Of a DNA stretch of 64,000 bases, positions 54,974 to 63,037 are shown one piece after another (the stretch's first letter is position 1; each line of letters opens with the position of its first letter). The notes under the pieces are model-generated. The model ran no database searches, was not told where the DNA came from, and saw only the letters and a program-made list of their open reading frames with translations. This stretch comes from Longimicrobiales bacterium (lineage in GTDB: Bacteria > Gemmatimonadota > Gemmatimonadetes > Longimicrobiales > Gaopeijiaceae): assembly GCA_965204735.1 (NCBI GenBank), contig OZ242008.1, positions 1,600,001 through 1,664,000 on the forward strand, written 5' to 3'. A program made the translations under genes and the position numbers.

Positions 54974-55462
54974 TCATCGGGGATCGGACCAGAAGATCCA
55001 GTAGTCGTCCAGGCTGTCGTCGTCGGTGCCCAGCTCGTTCGGCCCCGGCGGGAGGCCGTTGAGCTGGAGGATGTACGTCAGCGCGTCCGTGACCTGCTCG
55101 CGGCTCAGGCTCCCCGGGTCTCCGTGGGGCATCCGCTCGTAGATCCAGTACCAGAGGCGGAAGATCGACGCCTCTTCCCAACGCTCCAGGAAGGCCGGGT
55201 CGGTCCAGTCGGCCGTCTCGTGGCACTCGGAGCAGATCCGACCGAACACCTGCCGCCCTCGCTGCGCCTGCGCCGTCGTGTACACCCCGTGCAACGTGTT
55301 GGGCTCGGCGATCCGGGGGACGGGGGAGCGGGCGGCGGACGCAGGGGCGGGCGCGGTGTTCGGCTCCGGCGTCGCGGACCGGCAGGACCCGAGGGCCGCC
55401 GCAGCGAGCAGGAACCAGATCGAAGACGAGGGGGATGGGCGAACCAGCTTGATGTAGCTCAT
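54974..55462 (-). CDS. Monoheme c-type cytochrome lipoprotein
   Basis: ALGSC lipobox, GVYTTAQAQRG, CSECH, distal MP ligand. Confidence 0.88.
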   Translation of the reverse strand: MSYIKLVRPSPSSSIWFLLAAAALGSCRSATPEPNTAPAPASAARSPVPRIAEPNTLHGVYTTAQAQRGRQVFGRICSECHETADWTDPAFLERWEEASIFRLWYWIYERMPHGDPGSLSREQVTDALTYILQLNGLPPGPNELGTDDDSLDDYWIFWSDPR

Positions 55463-55652
55463 GAAGATCGGTAATGTGGAGCGGTGCTGGTCCGACAAGC
55501 AAGCGGACCCGGTCGGCACGCGAGCGGGGCGCGATGCGACCCTGGGCCATGCGACCTGGGCAACGCGATTCCACCCTGGGCGCCGACGGAGGGGGTTGGC
55601 CATGGGCGACAAGAACGACTCGCTGGACGGGCGTTGCGAGTCCGTCGTGCGA

Positions 55653-55688
55653 TCGCAGTCCGTCTCGCGCTCGCAGTCCGTCTCGCGT
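55653..55688 (+). repeat. 2 x 18-bp tandem repeat upstream of the tRNA
   Basis: tcgcagtccgtctcgcgY occurs twice. Confidence 0.8.
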
Positions 55689-55710
55689 TCCATGGGACCC
55701 GTCCCTGTCA

Positions 55711-55785
55711 GGGCGCTTAGCTCAGGTGGTCCAGAGCGCCTGCCTTACAAGCAGGAGGTCGCTGGTTCAAGTCCAGCAGCGCCCA
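55711..55785 (+). tRNA. tRNA-Val(TAC), CCA not encoded
   Basis: Acceptor stem GGGCGCT/AGCGCCC, D-arm GCTC/GAGC, anticodon arm CCTGC-CTTACAA-GCAGG, T-arm GCTGG-TTCAAGT-CCAGC. Confidence 0.97.
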
Positions 55786-55835
55786 CTCCTTCGACTCCGG
55801 CAGCGCCCGTTCCGGGTTCTCCGGGCGAGGAGCAA

Positions 55836-57317
55836 GCGACCGCGCGTCGTCGACGCCTCGGAGTCGGGGGTGCGGTCGCGGTCGTCTGGTGGCTGGCCGC
55901 GTGCGGCGGAGGCGCCGACGGCCCGTCCCCCGTCTCCGTGGCTCCCCCCGATCCCCCCGACCCGCCGCAGCCGAACCAGCTGCCCACGGCGAGCTTCACG
56001 CTGAGCGTCGCCGACGGACGGGCGCCGCTGGCGGTCAACTTCGACGCCCGCCGTTCGTCCGACCCCGACGGCTCCATCGCGTCCTACGCCTGGACCTTCG
56101 GCGACGGAGGAACGGGCTCCGGCGCCCAGGTGGCCCACACCTTTGACGCCGACGGCCGGCACGAGGTGCGGCTGGTGGTGCAGGACGACCGGGGCGGGCA
56201 GGACTCGGCCGCCGCGACGGTCTTCGTCTCCAGTGCGCCGGGAGACGGCCCGAACGCCATCGAGGGCGTCGTCTGGTTCGACCAGGACGGCGACAGCGTC
56301 CGAGGCCCCGCAGAGCCGGGCCTGGAGCGGTTTGCGGTGTTCCTGGACGACGACGAGGACGGCGAGCGCGACGAAGGCGAGCCGGTCGCGTTCTCGAACG
56401 CCGGCGGCGCCTACTCCTTTCCCGGGCTTGCCGCCGATCGAAGCTACGTGGTGACCCAGTCGCTTCCCTTCGGCTGGACCAACACGGCAGCCGGGCCTCC
56501 GGCGAGCGCGCAGGCCGTCGCCTCGACCCCGCCCGTCGCCGGGATCGTCAACGGCGAGGACGCCGCCATCGAGGTCTTTCCGTTCCAGGTGGCTCTCCGG
56601 TTCAAGGAGTCGGGGTTCCAGTTCTGCGGCGGCACCTTCCTGAACAGCCGCTACGTGCTGACCGCCGCCCACTGCGTCGACGGCGACGTGGTGGCTCGGG
56701 ACGTGGAAGTGCTTGCCGGAACGAGCGACAAAACGAGCGGCGGCGAGCGGCTCGAGGTGTCGGCGATCCGAATACACCCCGACTACTCCGCCACCCTGGA
56801 CGGCGACGTCGCCATCCTCCGCTTGGCGCGCACCGTGCTCTACCCTCGCGTCTACCTCCAGCAGCCCGGCCAGCCGTCGTACTCGACGCCCGGGGACACG
56901 GCCACCGCGATCGGCTGGGGCCAGACCGAACAGGGGCAGAGCGCGAACGTTCTCAAGCGAACCCCTCTGCCCATCATCACCAACGACGACTGCGCCAAGA
57001 TCGCCGGCGCGTTCTTCGAAGGGATCGGCGCGCGAACGATCTGCGCCGGCGCCGAGCGCCTGAACCGGGGCGTGTGCTTCGGCGACAGCGGCGGTCCCCT
57101 TCTCGTGCCCTACCGAGACTCGTGGATGGAGATCGGCGTTGCCAGCTTCCTGGTCAACCGAGACCAGTGCGGCAACATCCCCGGCGCCTTCGCCCGCGTG
57201 TCCGCGCTGTACGACTACATCGTTGCCGTGGCCCGCATCGAGGACTCCCAAGCCCACGCGGTCGAGTGGAGCGGCGACGCGACCCGGGCCCGAGTGGACT
57301 TCGGCAACTTCCACTAG
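55836..57317 (+). CDS. Lipoprotein with PKD domain, SdrD-B-like domain and trypsin-like (S1) serine protease; start codon unresolved
   Basis: LAAC lipobox, PKD motif SYAWTFGDG, GVVWFDQDGD, IVNG, LTAAHC, DVAIL, GDSGGP. Confidence 0.85.
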   Translation, partial: ATARRRRLGVGGAVAVVWWLAACGGGADGPSPVSVAPPDPPDPPQPNQLPTASFTLSVADGRAPLAVNFDARRSSDPDGSIASYAWTFGDGGTGSGAQVAHTFDADGRHEVRLVVQDDRGGQDSAAATVFVSSAPGDGPNAIEGVVWFDQDGDSVRGPAEPGLERFAVFLDDDEDGERDEGEPVAFSNAGGAYSFPGLAADRSYVVTQSLPFGWTNTAAGPPASAQAVASTPPVAGIVNGEDAAIEVFPFQVALRFKESGFQFCGGTFLNSRYVLTAAHCVDGDVVARDVEVLAGTSDKTSGGERLEVSAIRIHPDYSATLDGDVAILRLARTVLYPRVYLQQPGQPSYSTPGDTATAIGWGQTEQGQSANVLKRTPLPIITNDDCAKIAGAFFEGIGARTICAGAERLNRGVCFGDSGGPLLVPYRDSWMEIGVASFLVNRDQCGNIPGAFARVSALYDYIVAVARIEDSQAHAVEWSGDATRARVDFGNFH

Positions 57318-58369
57318 AGATCCGGGGCCAAGTACGCCCTCAGTCGCCGAAGCTGGCTTTGGTCGCCAAGAACGATCACGGCGTCGCCTGCTTCCAAGAG
57401 CGTGGACGCCCCGGGGTTGAAGACGATCTCGGACGGCTCGGCGTCTCTCCGCTGCACGGCCAGGACGACCAGTCCCGTTTCCCGGGGAATGCGCGCCTCC
57501 TCCAGCGTGAGTCCGGCCGCCTTCGACCCGGGGCTCACCACGGCCTGCTCCAGCCGTCTCCGGGGACTGGAGCCGGGAGTCGCAACGTCCAGGAACGATG
57601 CGACCGCGGGCCGCGCCAGCACCGACGCCACCCAATGGCCCCCCACCACGTTGGGGCTGACCACGTGGTCGGCGCCCGCCCGGCGCATCTTCGCCGTGAC
57701 CGCTTCGCCCTTGGCGCGGACCACCACCACCAAGCCGGGATGGAGGTCGCGGGCCGAAAGGCAGACGAACAGGTTGTCGGTGTCGGAGGAAAGGCACGAG
57801 ACCAGGGCGGTCGCGCTGGCAACCCGAGCCTCTCGAAGCGCTCCGTCCCGGGTGGCGTCGTCGCGTACCACGAGGAGGCGCGGCCACTTCTTGCGGAGCG
57901 ACGCGATGGCGTCTCCGTCCCGCTCCACGAGCACGCATTGGGTGCCGGCTTCTTGGAGCTCGTGAAGGACCTGGTGGCCCATCCGTCCGCCCCCGCAGAC
58001 GATCACGTGGTTCTTGGCGCGGTCAAGTTCTTGCATGGCCTTGCGCTTCTTGTACCTGGCTCCGATGTCCATTTCGACCAGGAAGGCGGTCACCAGGGCG
58101 AACCACATTCCCAGACCCGTCAATCCCCCGGCCACGAGGGCCATCGTCAAGTACTGGCCGGGGCCTCCCGTCGCGAGGGGACGGACCTCGTGGTAGCCCA
58201 CCGCCGTCACCGTGATCGACGTCATGTAGAGGGCGTCCGAGAACGACCAGCCCTCGAAGACCATGTAGCCGCCAGTCCCCACGGCGGTCCACGCGACGCA
58301 GTAGCCCGCGACGAAGAGCGCCCTCGACAACCAGGCGCGGACACCGCCCGCGGCTGTCAAGCCGGCCAC
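57314..58369 (-). CDS. Potassium channel-family protein (2TM pore plus RCK/TrkA_N and TrkA_C)
   Basis: WSFSDALYM..TVTAVGY pore region, NHVIVCGGGRMG, DATRD, AGADHVVSP, FNPG. Confidence 0.9.
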   Translation of the reverse strand: MAGLTAAGGVRAWLSRALFVAGYCVAWTAVGTGGYMVFEGWSFSDALYMTSITVTAVGYHEVRPLATGGPGQYLTMALVAGGLTGLGMWFALVTAFLVEMDIGARYKKRKAMQELDRAKNHVIVCGGGRMGHQVLHELQEAGTQCVLVERDGDAIASLRKKWPRLLVVRDDATRDGALREARVASATALVSCLSSDTDNLFVCLSARDLHPGLVVVVRAKGEAVTAKMRRAGADHVVSPNVVGGHWVASVLARPAVASFLDVATPGSSPRRRLEQAVVSPGSKAAGLTLEEARIPRETGLVVLAVQRRDAEPSEIVFNPGASTLLEAGDAVIVLGDQSQLRRLRAYLAPDL

Positions 58370-58378
58370 CGGCGAATC

Positions 58379-59950
58379 CTATCGAACCCGCTCGAAGATC
58401 AGGTCGCGCACCCTTGAACCCGTCACGGCGAACCCCTCCACTCGGCCTTCCCGGTCTCTCGTGAAGCGCACCTCCGGAAACCACCACTGGTCGCCCGAGA
58501 AGACGTCTTCCGCCGTCGGGGACAGTGTCGCAGGGGGGTTGCGCCAATGGCGGGCCGTCAAGCTCCCCGACTCGACGGCCAGCTCGTAGCTGCTGTCCAG
58601 CTCCGGGCTCCGGTACTCGCCTGCGTACTCCTGCAGTCGGGCTTCCGTGAAGAGCGCTTCGTCCGGCTCGTCCCCGGACTCCGCCTCGGGCTCGCCGGGC
58701 GCCGGCGCCGGCTCCATCAGGTCGCCGAGGAACGCCTCCGCCACCTGACGCGCCCGCCCGCCCGCGTCGCAGTCGGAGCGGTTGCAGAACACGGCCACCG
58801 AGAGACGCTGCTCCGGGAAGCGCAAGAAGCTCGTCCGATAGCCCGCCCACGAGCCGCCATGGCCCGCGACGGGCAGCCCCCGGTACTCGCCCACCGTCAG
58901 CCCGTGGGCGTAGGCGATGGTGTCGCCGCCGCTCAGGACGCCGCGTCGCGTCATGGCGCGGACGATTTCCTCGCCTCCGACTTCCCCGGTCTCGTAGTTC
59001 CCCATCCAAAGGAGGAAGTCGTCGATCGTCGTGTGGAGGGAGCTGGAGGCCAGGGCGGTGAGCTGGTCCGGGAGACGCCGGAAGGGACCGCCGCCTTCGT
59101 CCTCGCCGGCGGGACGGTAGGACTCCGCCCGACCCGGGACGACCTCGGTGTAGTCGTCGGAGAAGTGAGAGCGGGTCATCCCCAAGGGGGCGAAGATGCG
59201 GTCGTGGGCGTACTCGCGGAAGGTCGCGCCCGAGGCGGCCTCCACCGTCCGGGCCAGCAGGTTGTACCCGGTGTTCGAGTAGGCGTACTCGGAGCCGGGA
59301 GGGAAGTTCCCCGCGCGCTGGCGGCCCAGCATCCGCAGGATCTTCTCGAAGGAGATCACGTCCGTCATCTCGACGCCGGCCAGCGCCATGACGTGGGGCC
59401 AGTCGCGGATGCCGCTGGTGTGGTGAATCAGGTGCCGAGGCGTGACCGCCGCCGCGAACGCGGGGAGCCCGGGCACATGGGAGCCCACGCCGGCGTCCAG
59501 CTCCAGCTTCCCTTCCGCCTCGAGGAGAAGGGCGGTCATCGCCCCGAACTGCTTGGAGATCGAGGCGATGTCGAAGACGGTCGAGGGGGTGATGGGGACG
59601 CCGTGATCGAGGTGGGCGAGGCCGTAGCCGGCTCGGTGCGCGACGGCGCCGTCCAGGAGCACGCCGACCGCGGCGCCGGGTTCGTCGTCCGCGAAGTCGG
59701 CGAAGATCGCGTCCACCTCGGGCCTCGTGGGTCCGCGCTCGGCGTCGGCCCGGGACGGGTCGCCGGACCGAACGTCGCAGGCCGAGGACGCGAGGGCCAA
59801 GACGATCGCGAGCAGGGAGCCGGCGGCCAGGCCGATCCGGCGCGGCGCGAGGCGGGCGGGCTTGCGCCCTGCTCGGAGCGCGTTCGCCGCCTCGGTCGCA
59901 GCTGGGCTGATCGGGCGGCGCCGAAGGAATGCCGGGGAGAAGGCGGGCAT
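58379..59950 (-). CDS. Serine hydrolase, beta-lactamase/D-aminopeptidase family
   Basis: FDIASISK (SxxK), HHTSG, YSNTGY, HGG. Confidence 0.92.
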   Translation of the reverse strand: MPAFSPAFLRRRPISPAATEAANALRAGRKPARLAPRRIGLAAGSLLAIVLALASSACDVRSGDPSRADAERGPTRPEVDAIFADFADDEPGAAVGVLLDGAVAHRAGYGLAHLDHGVPITPSTVFDIASISKQFGAMTALLLEAEGKLELDAGVGSHVPGLPAFAAAVTPRHLIHHTSGIRDWPHVMALAGVEMTDVISFEKILRMLGRQRAGNFPPGSEYAYSNTGYNLLARTVEAASGATFREYAHDRIFAPLGMTRSHFSDDYTEVVPGRAESYRPAGEDEGGGPFRRLPDQLTALASSSLHTTIDDFLLWMGNYETGEVGGEEIVRAMTRRGVLSGGDTIAYAHGLTVGEYRGLPVAGHGGSWAGYRTSFLRFPEQRLSVAVFCNRSDCDAGGRARQVAEAFLGDLMEPAPAPGEPEAESGDEPDEALFTEARLQEYAGEYRSPELDSSYELAVESGSLTARHWRNPPATLSPTAEDVFSGDQWWFPEVRFTRDREGRVEGFAVTGSRVRDLIFERVR

Positions 59951-60123
59951 GGGCGGGGACCTCCACGTCGGATGGGAGTTCGGCGCGCCGTGGGCAAGAC
60001 TTCATGGAGCCGCGGGGGCGGGCTTGACCCTGGACGGCGAGCCGCTAGGTTTAAGGGCTACCCGCGCTCGCAACCGGGCGCCCTGCCACTCTTCAAGGTA
60101 CTACCCATCAGGAGAACGCAGTA

Positions 60124-62916
60124 ATGAGACGGAAAGCAATCTTTCTGGGTGCGCTGGCCGCGTTCCTGTCGGCTTCGGCTCCCCAAGCCGCCCTCGCGCA
60201 GCAAGGCGCCCTCGAAGGCGCCGTGACTGCCGAAGGCACTGGCGCCGCCCTTGCCGGCGCGCAGGTGTTCATCGACGCCCTGGGTCTCGGCGGCACGACC
60301 ACTCCCGAGGGCCGCTACCAGATCAGCGGGATCCCGGCGGGCACGCACAGCGTTCAAGTTCAGCTCATCGGATACCGGACCGAGGTTCGAACCGTCACGA
60401 TCGGGGCTGGCCAGACCTCCAATCTGGACGTGACGCTGTCGGTCGCGGCGATCGCCCTGGAGGGCTTGGTGGCCGTCGGGAGCCGCGCGCAGCCCCGAGC
60501 CGTCACCTCGTCGCCCGTTCCCGTGGACGCGATCGCGGCCACGGACTTCGTGAACCAGGGCGATACGGACATGAGCAACCTGCTACGCAACATCGCCCCG
60601 TCCTACAACGTCAACATGCAGCCGATCAGCGACGCGGCGACGATCTCTCGACCCGCCAACCTCCGCAACTTGGCGCCGGACCACACCCTGGTGCTCGTCA
60701 ACGGCAAGCGCCGCCACCGGGGCGCGATCATCACTTGGCTCGGCAACGGCGTGGCGGACGGCGCGCAAGGCGTGGACATCGCGGTCATCCCGGCGATCGC
60801 GCTCCGCCAAGTCGAGATCCTTCGCGACGGCGCGTCGGCCCAGTACGGCTCCGACGCCATCGCAGGGGTCATGAACTTCCAGCTGCGGGACGACCGAGAC
60901 AAGAAGTTCCGCTTCGAAGCCAAGACCGGCTCCTACCCCTTCTACGGCGACGGCGAGTCCCACTCCTTCGCAGGGAACGTGGGACTGCCGATCGGCGAGA
61001 CCGGGTTCCTCAACCTCAGCGCCGAGTACGGCAACGTGAACCCGACGGACCGCAGCGTGCAGCGCAACGACGCGCTCCTGCTGATCGGCGCGGGCAACAG
61101 CAGCGTCCGCAAGCCGGCCCAGATCTGGGGCTCCCCCCACGTGGAGGACGACCTGAAGGTATGGGCCAACGCCGGCGCCTTCCTCGGCGAGAACGTGCAG
61201 CTCTACGGCCACGGGAACTACGCCACCCGCAAAGTGACGGGCGGATTCTTCTTCCGCAACCCGAACACCCGCGGCGCGGTCTTCAGCGGCGACGGCGGCA
61301 GCACGCTCCTCATCGGCGACATGCTGGACGCCCAGGACGGCGTGCTGGACGGCTCCGCCAACTGCCCGGTCGTGAACATCACGAGAGGCGTGCCCGACCC
61401 GGTGGCGCTGAAGCAGGTCTTCGACGACCCGAACTGCTTCTCCTTCCAGGAACTCTTCCCAGGCGGCTTCACTCCCAACTTCGGCGGCGACGCCCTCGAC
61501 GCCTCCGCCGTTGCCGGCCTCAAGGGCACCGCGGGCGCCTTGGGCTGGGACGCCAGCGTCGGCTGGGGTAGGAACCACGCCGACTTCTTCATCTACAACA
61601 CGGTCAACGCTTCCCTGGGGCCGAACCAGCCGACGGGTCCCCCGGGCAACGAAGGCCAGCCGCTCTTCGACCCCGGCGACTACATCCAGGAAGACTTCAA
61701 CATCAACCTCGACCTGACGTACGCCGCCGGCGAGGGCGTGAACATCGCCGCAGGCGCCGAGCGGCGGCAGGAGGGCTTCGAGATCGTCGAGGGCCAGCGG
61801 GAGTCGTGGACCTTCGGTCCGTTGGCCGACCAGGGATTCAGCGCGGCGTCCAACGGCTTCCCCGGCTTCAGCCCCATCGCCGCGGGCAGCTGGACGCGGT
61901 CCAACGTCGCGGTGTACGGCGACCTCGAGATCCGCGACCCGGAGGCCGAGCGGTGGACGTTCGGTGCCGCGGTCCGATACGAGGACTTCTCCGACTTCGG
62001 CAGCACCTTCAACTACAAGGCCGCCTTCCGGTACGGCCTCAGCGAGAGGTTCGCCGTGCGGGGCAGCTTCAGCACTGGCTTCCGCGCGCCGACCACGGGC
62101 CAGCAGAACGCCTTCAACGTCTCCACCGTGTTCGACAACGACCTGGGAGACTTGGTCAACCGAGGGACGATCCCCTCGACTTCCGAGGTGGCCGCCCTGC
62201 GCGGAGGCGAGCAGCTCCAGCCCGAGAAGTCCCTCAACATCGCCGCGGGCATCGTGGCCGAGGTGGGCCAGCTCGACTTCACGATCGACTACTTCCGGAT
62301 CGCCCTGGAAGACCGGCTCTCCCAGACCCAGACGTTCAAGCTGACCGACCCCGAAGTCGATCAGTTGGTCGCCGAGGGCATCACCAGCGCCCGCAACCTG
62401 AGGGAGTTCCGCTTCTTCACCAACGACTTCGACACCGAGACCCAGGGAGTCGACGTCGTAGCGACCTACTCGCCCGAGTCGCTGGGGGGGAACACGACCT
62501 TCACGTTGCTGTACAACTTCACCAGCACGGACGTCACGACCCCGAGCTCCGAGACCTTGGGCACGACCCGGATCCGGCAGCTGGAAGAGGCGCTTCCGCG
62601 GAGCCGGTGGAACATCACGACGAACCAGTTCTCCGGGGACTGGCGCTTCCTCGGCCGCCTCAACTGGTACGGCGGATGGTTCGAGGGAGAGATTGCCCAA
62701 GCGGCCTACCCCGGCGGGGCCACCATGGACTTGGAGGCCGAGTACTCGCTGGGCGACAACACCAGCTTCGTCCTCGGCGGCCAGAACGTCCTCAACAAGT
62801 TGCCCGACGAGATCCCGAACCCGGCGTCCGTCGGCAACCGGTTCAGCGAGTACACCCCGTGGGGCTTCAACGGCGCCTACTTCTACGCCAAGGTCAACTA
62901 CGCCTGGGAGTGGTAG
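60124..62916 (+). CDS. TonB-dependent receptor
   Basis: Signal peptide, TLVLVNGKRRH, VEILRDGASAQYGSDAIAGVMN, STGFRAP, aromatic C-terminus. Confidence 0.95.
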   Translation: MRRKAIFLGALAAFLSASAPQAALAQQGALEGAVTAEGTGAALAGAQVFIDALGLGGTTTPEGRYQISGIPAGTHSVQVQLIGYRTEVRTVTIGAGQTSNLDVTLSVAAIALEGLVAVGSRAQPRAVTSSPVPVDAIAATDFVNQGDTDMSNLLRNIAPSYNVNMQPISDAATISRPANLRNLAPDHTLVLVNGKRRHRGAIITWLGNGVADGAQGVDIAVIPAIALRQVEILRDGASAQYGSDAIAGVMNFQLRDDRDKKFRFEAKTGSYPFYGDGESHSFAGNVGLPIGETGFLNLSAEYGNVNPTDRSVQRNDALLLIGAGNSSVRKPAQIWGSPHVEDDLKVWANAGAFLGENVQLYGHGNYATRKVTGGFFFRNPNTRGAVFSGDGGSTLLIGDMLDAQDGVLDGSANCPVVNITRGVPDPVALKQVFDDPNCFSFQELFPGGFTPNFGGDALDASAVAGLKGTAGALGWDASVGWGRNHADFFIYNTVNASLGPNQPTGPPGNEGQPLFDPGDYIQEDFNINLDLTYAAGEGVNIAAGAERRQEGFEIVEGQRESWTFGPLADQGFSAASNGFPGFSPIAAGSWTRSNVAVYGDLEIRDPEAERWTFGAAVRYEDFSDFGSTFNYKAAFRYGLSERFAVRGSFSTGFRAPTTGQQNAFNVSTVFDNDLGDLVNRGTIPSTSEVAALRGGEQLQPEKSLNIAAGIVAEVGQLDFTIDYFRIALEDRLSQTQTFKLTDPEVDQLVAEGITSARNLREFRFFTNDFDTETQGVDVVATYSPESLGGNTTFTLLYNFTSTDVTTPSSETLGTTRIRQLEEALPRSRWNITTNQFSGDWRFLGRLNWYGGWFEGEIAQAAYPGGATMDLEAEYSLGDNTSFVLGGQNVLNKLPDEIPNPASVGNRFSEYTPWGFNGAYFYAKVNYAWEW

Positions 62917-62963
62917 GGGACGGGAGGCAGTGAGAAGGTCGCCGTAGGAGCGGTGCGGCCAGG

Positions 62964-62996
62964 GGGCTCCGGCGCGGTGCGGGCCGGAGCCCTTCT
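62964..62996 (+). terminator. GC stem-loop between the tandem receptor genes (weak terminator or mRNA stabiliser)
   Basis: gggctccggc-N9-gccggagccc followed by ttct. Confidence 0.45.
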
Positions 62997-63037
62997 CGCC
63001 TCGTCCGCTCTTTGCGGCAGGACAGTGGAGGACAGTC

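Noticed and set aside
58379..59950. Antibiotic-resistance beta-lactamase
   Set aside because: The SxxK/YxN/HGG pattern and C-terminal extension fit general serine hydrolases or D-peptidases; there is no evidence for resistance.
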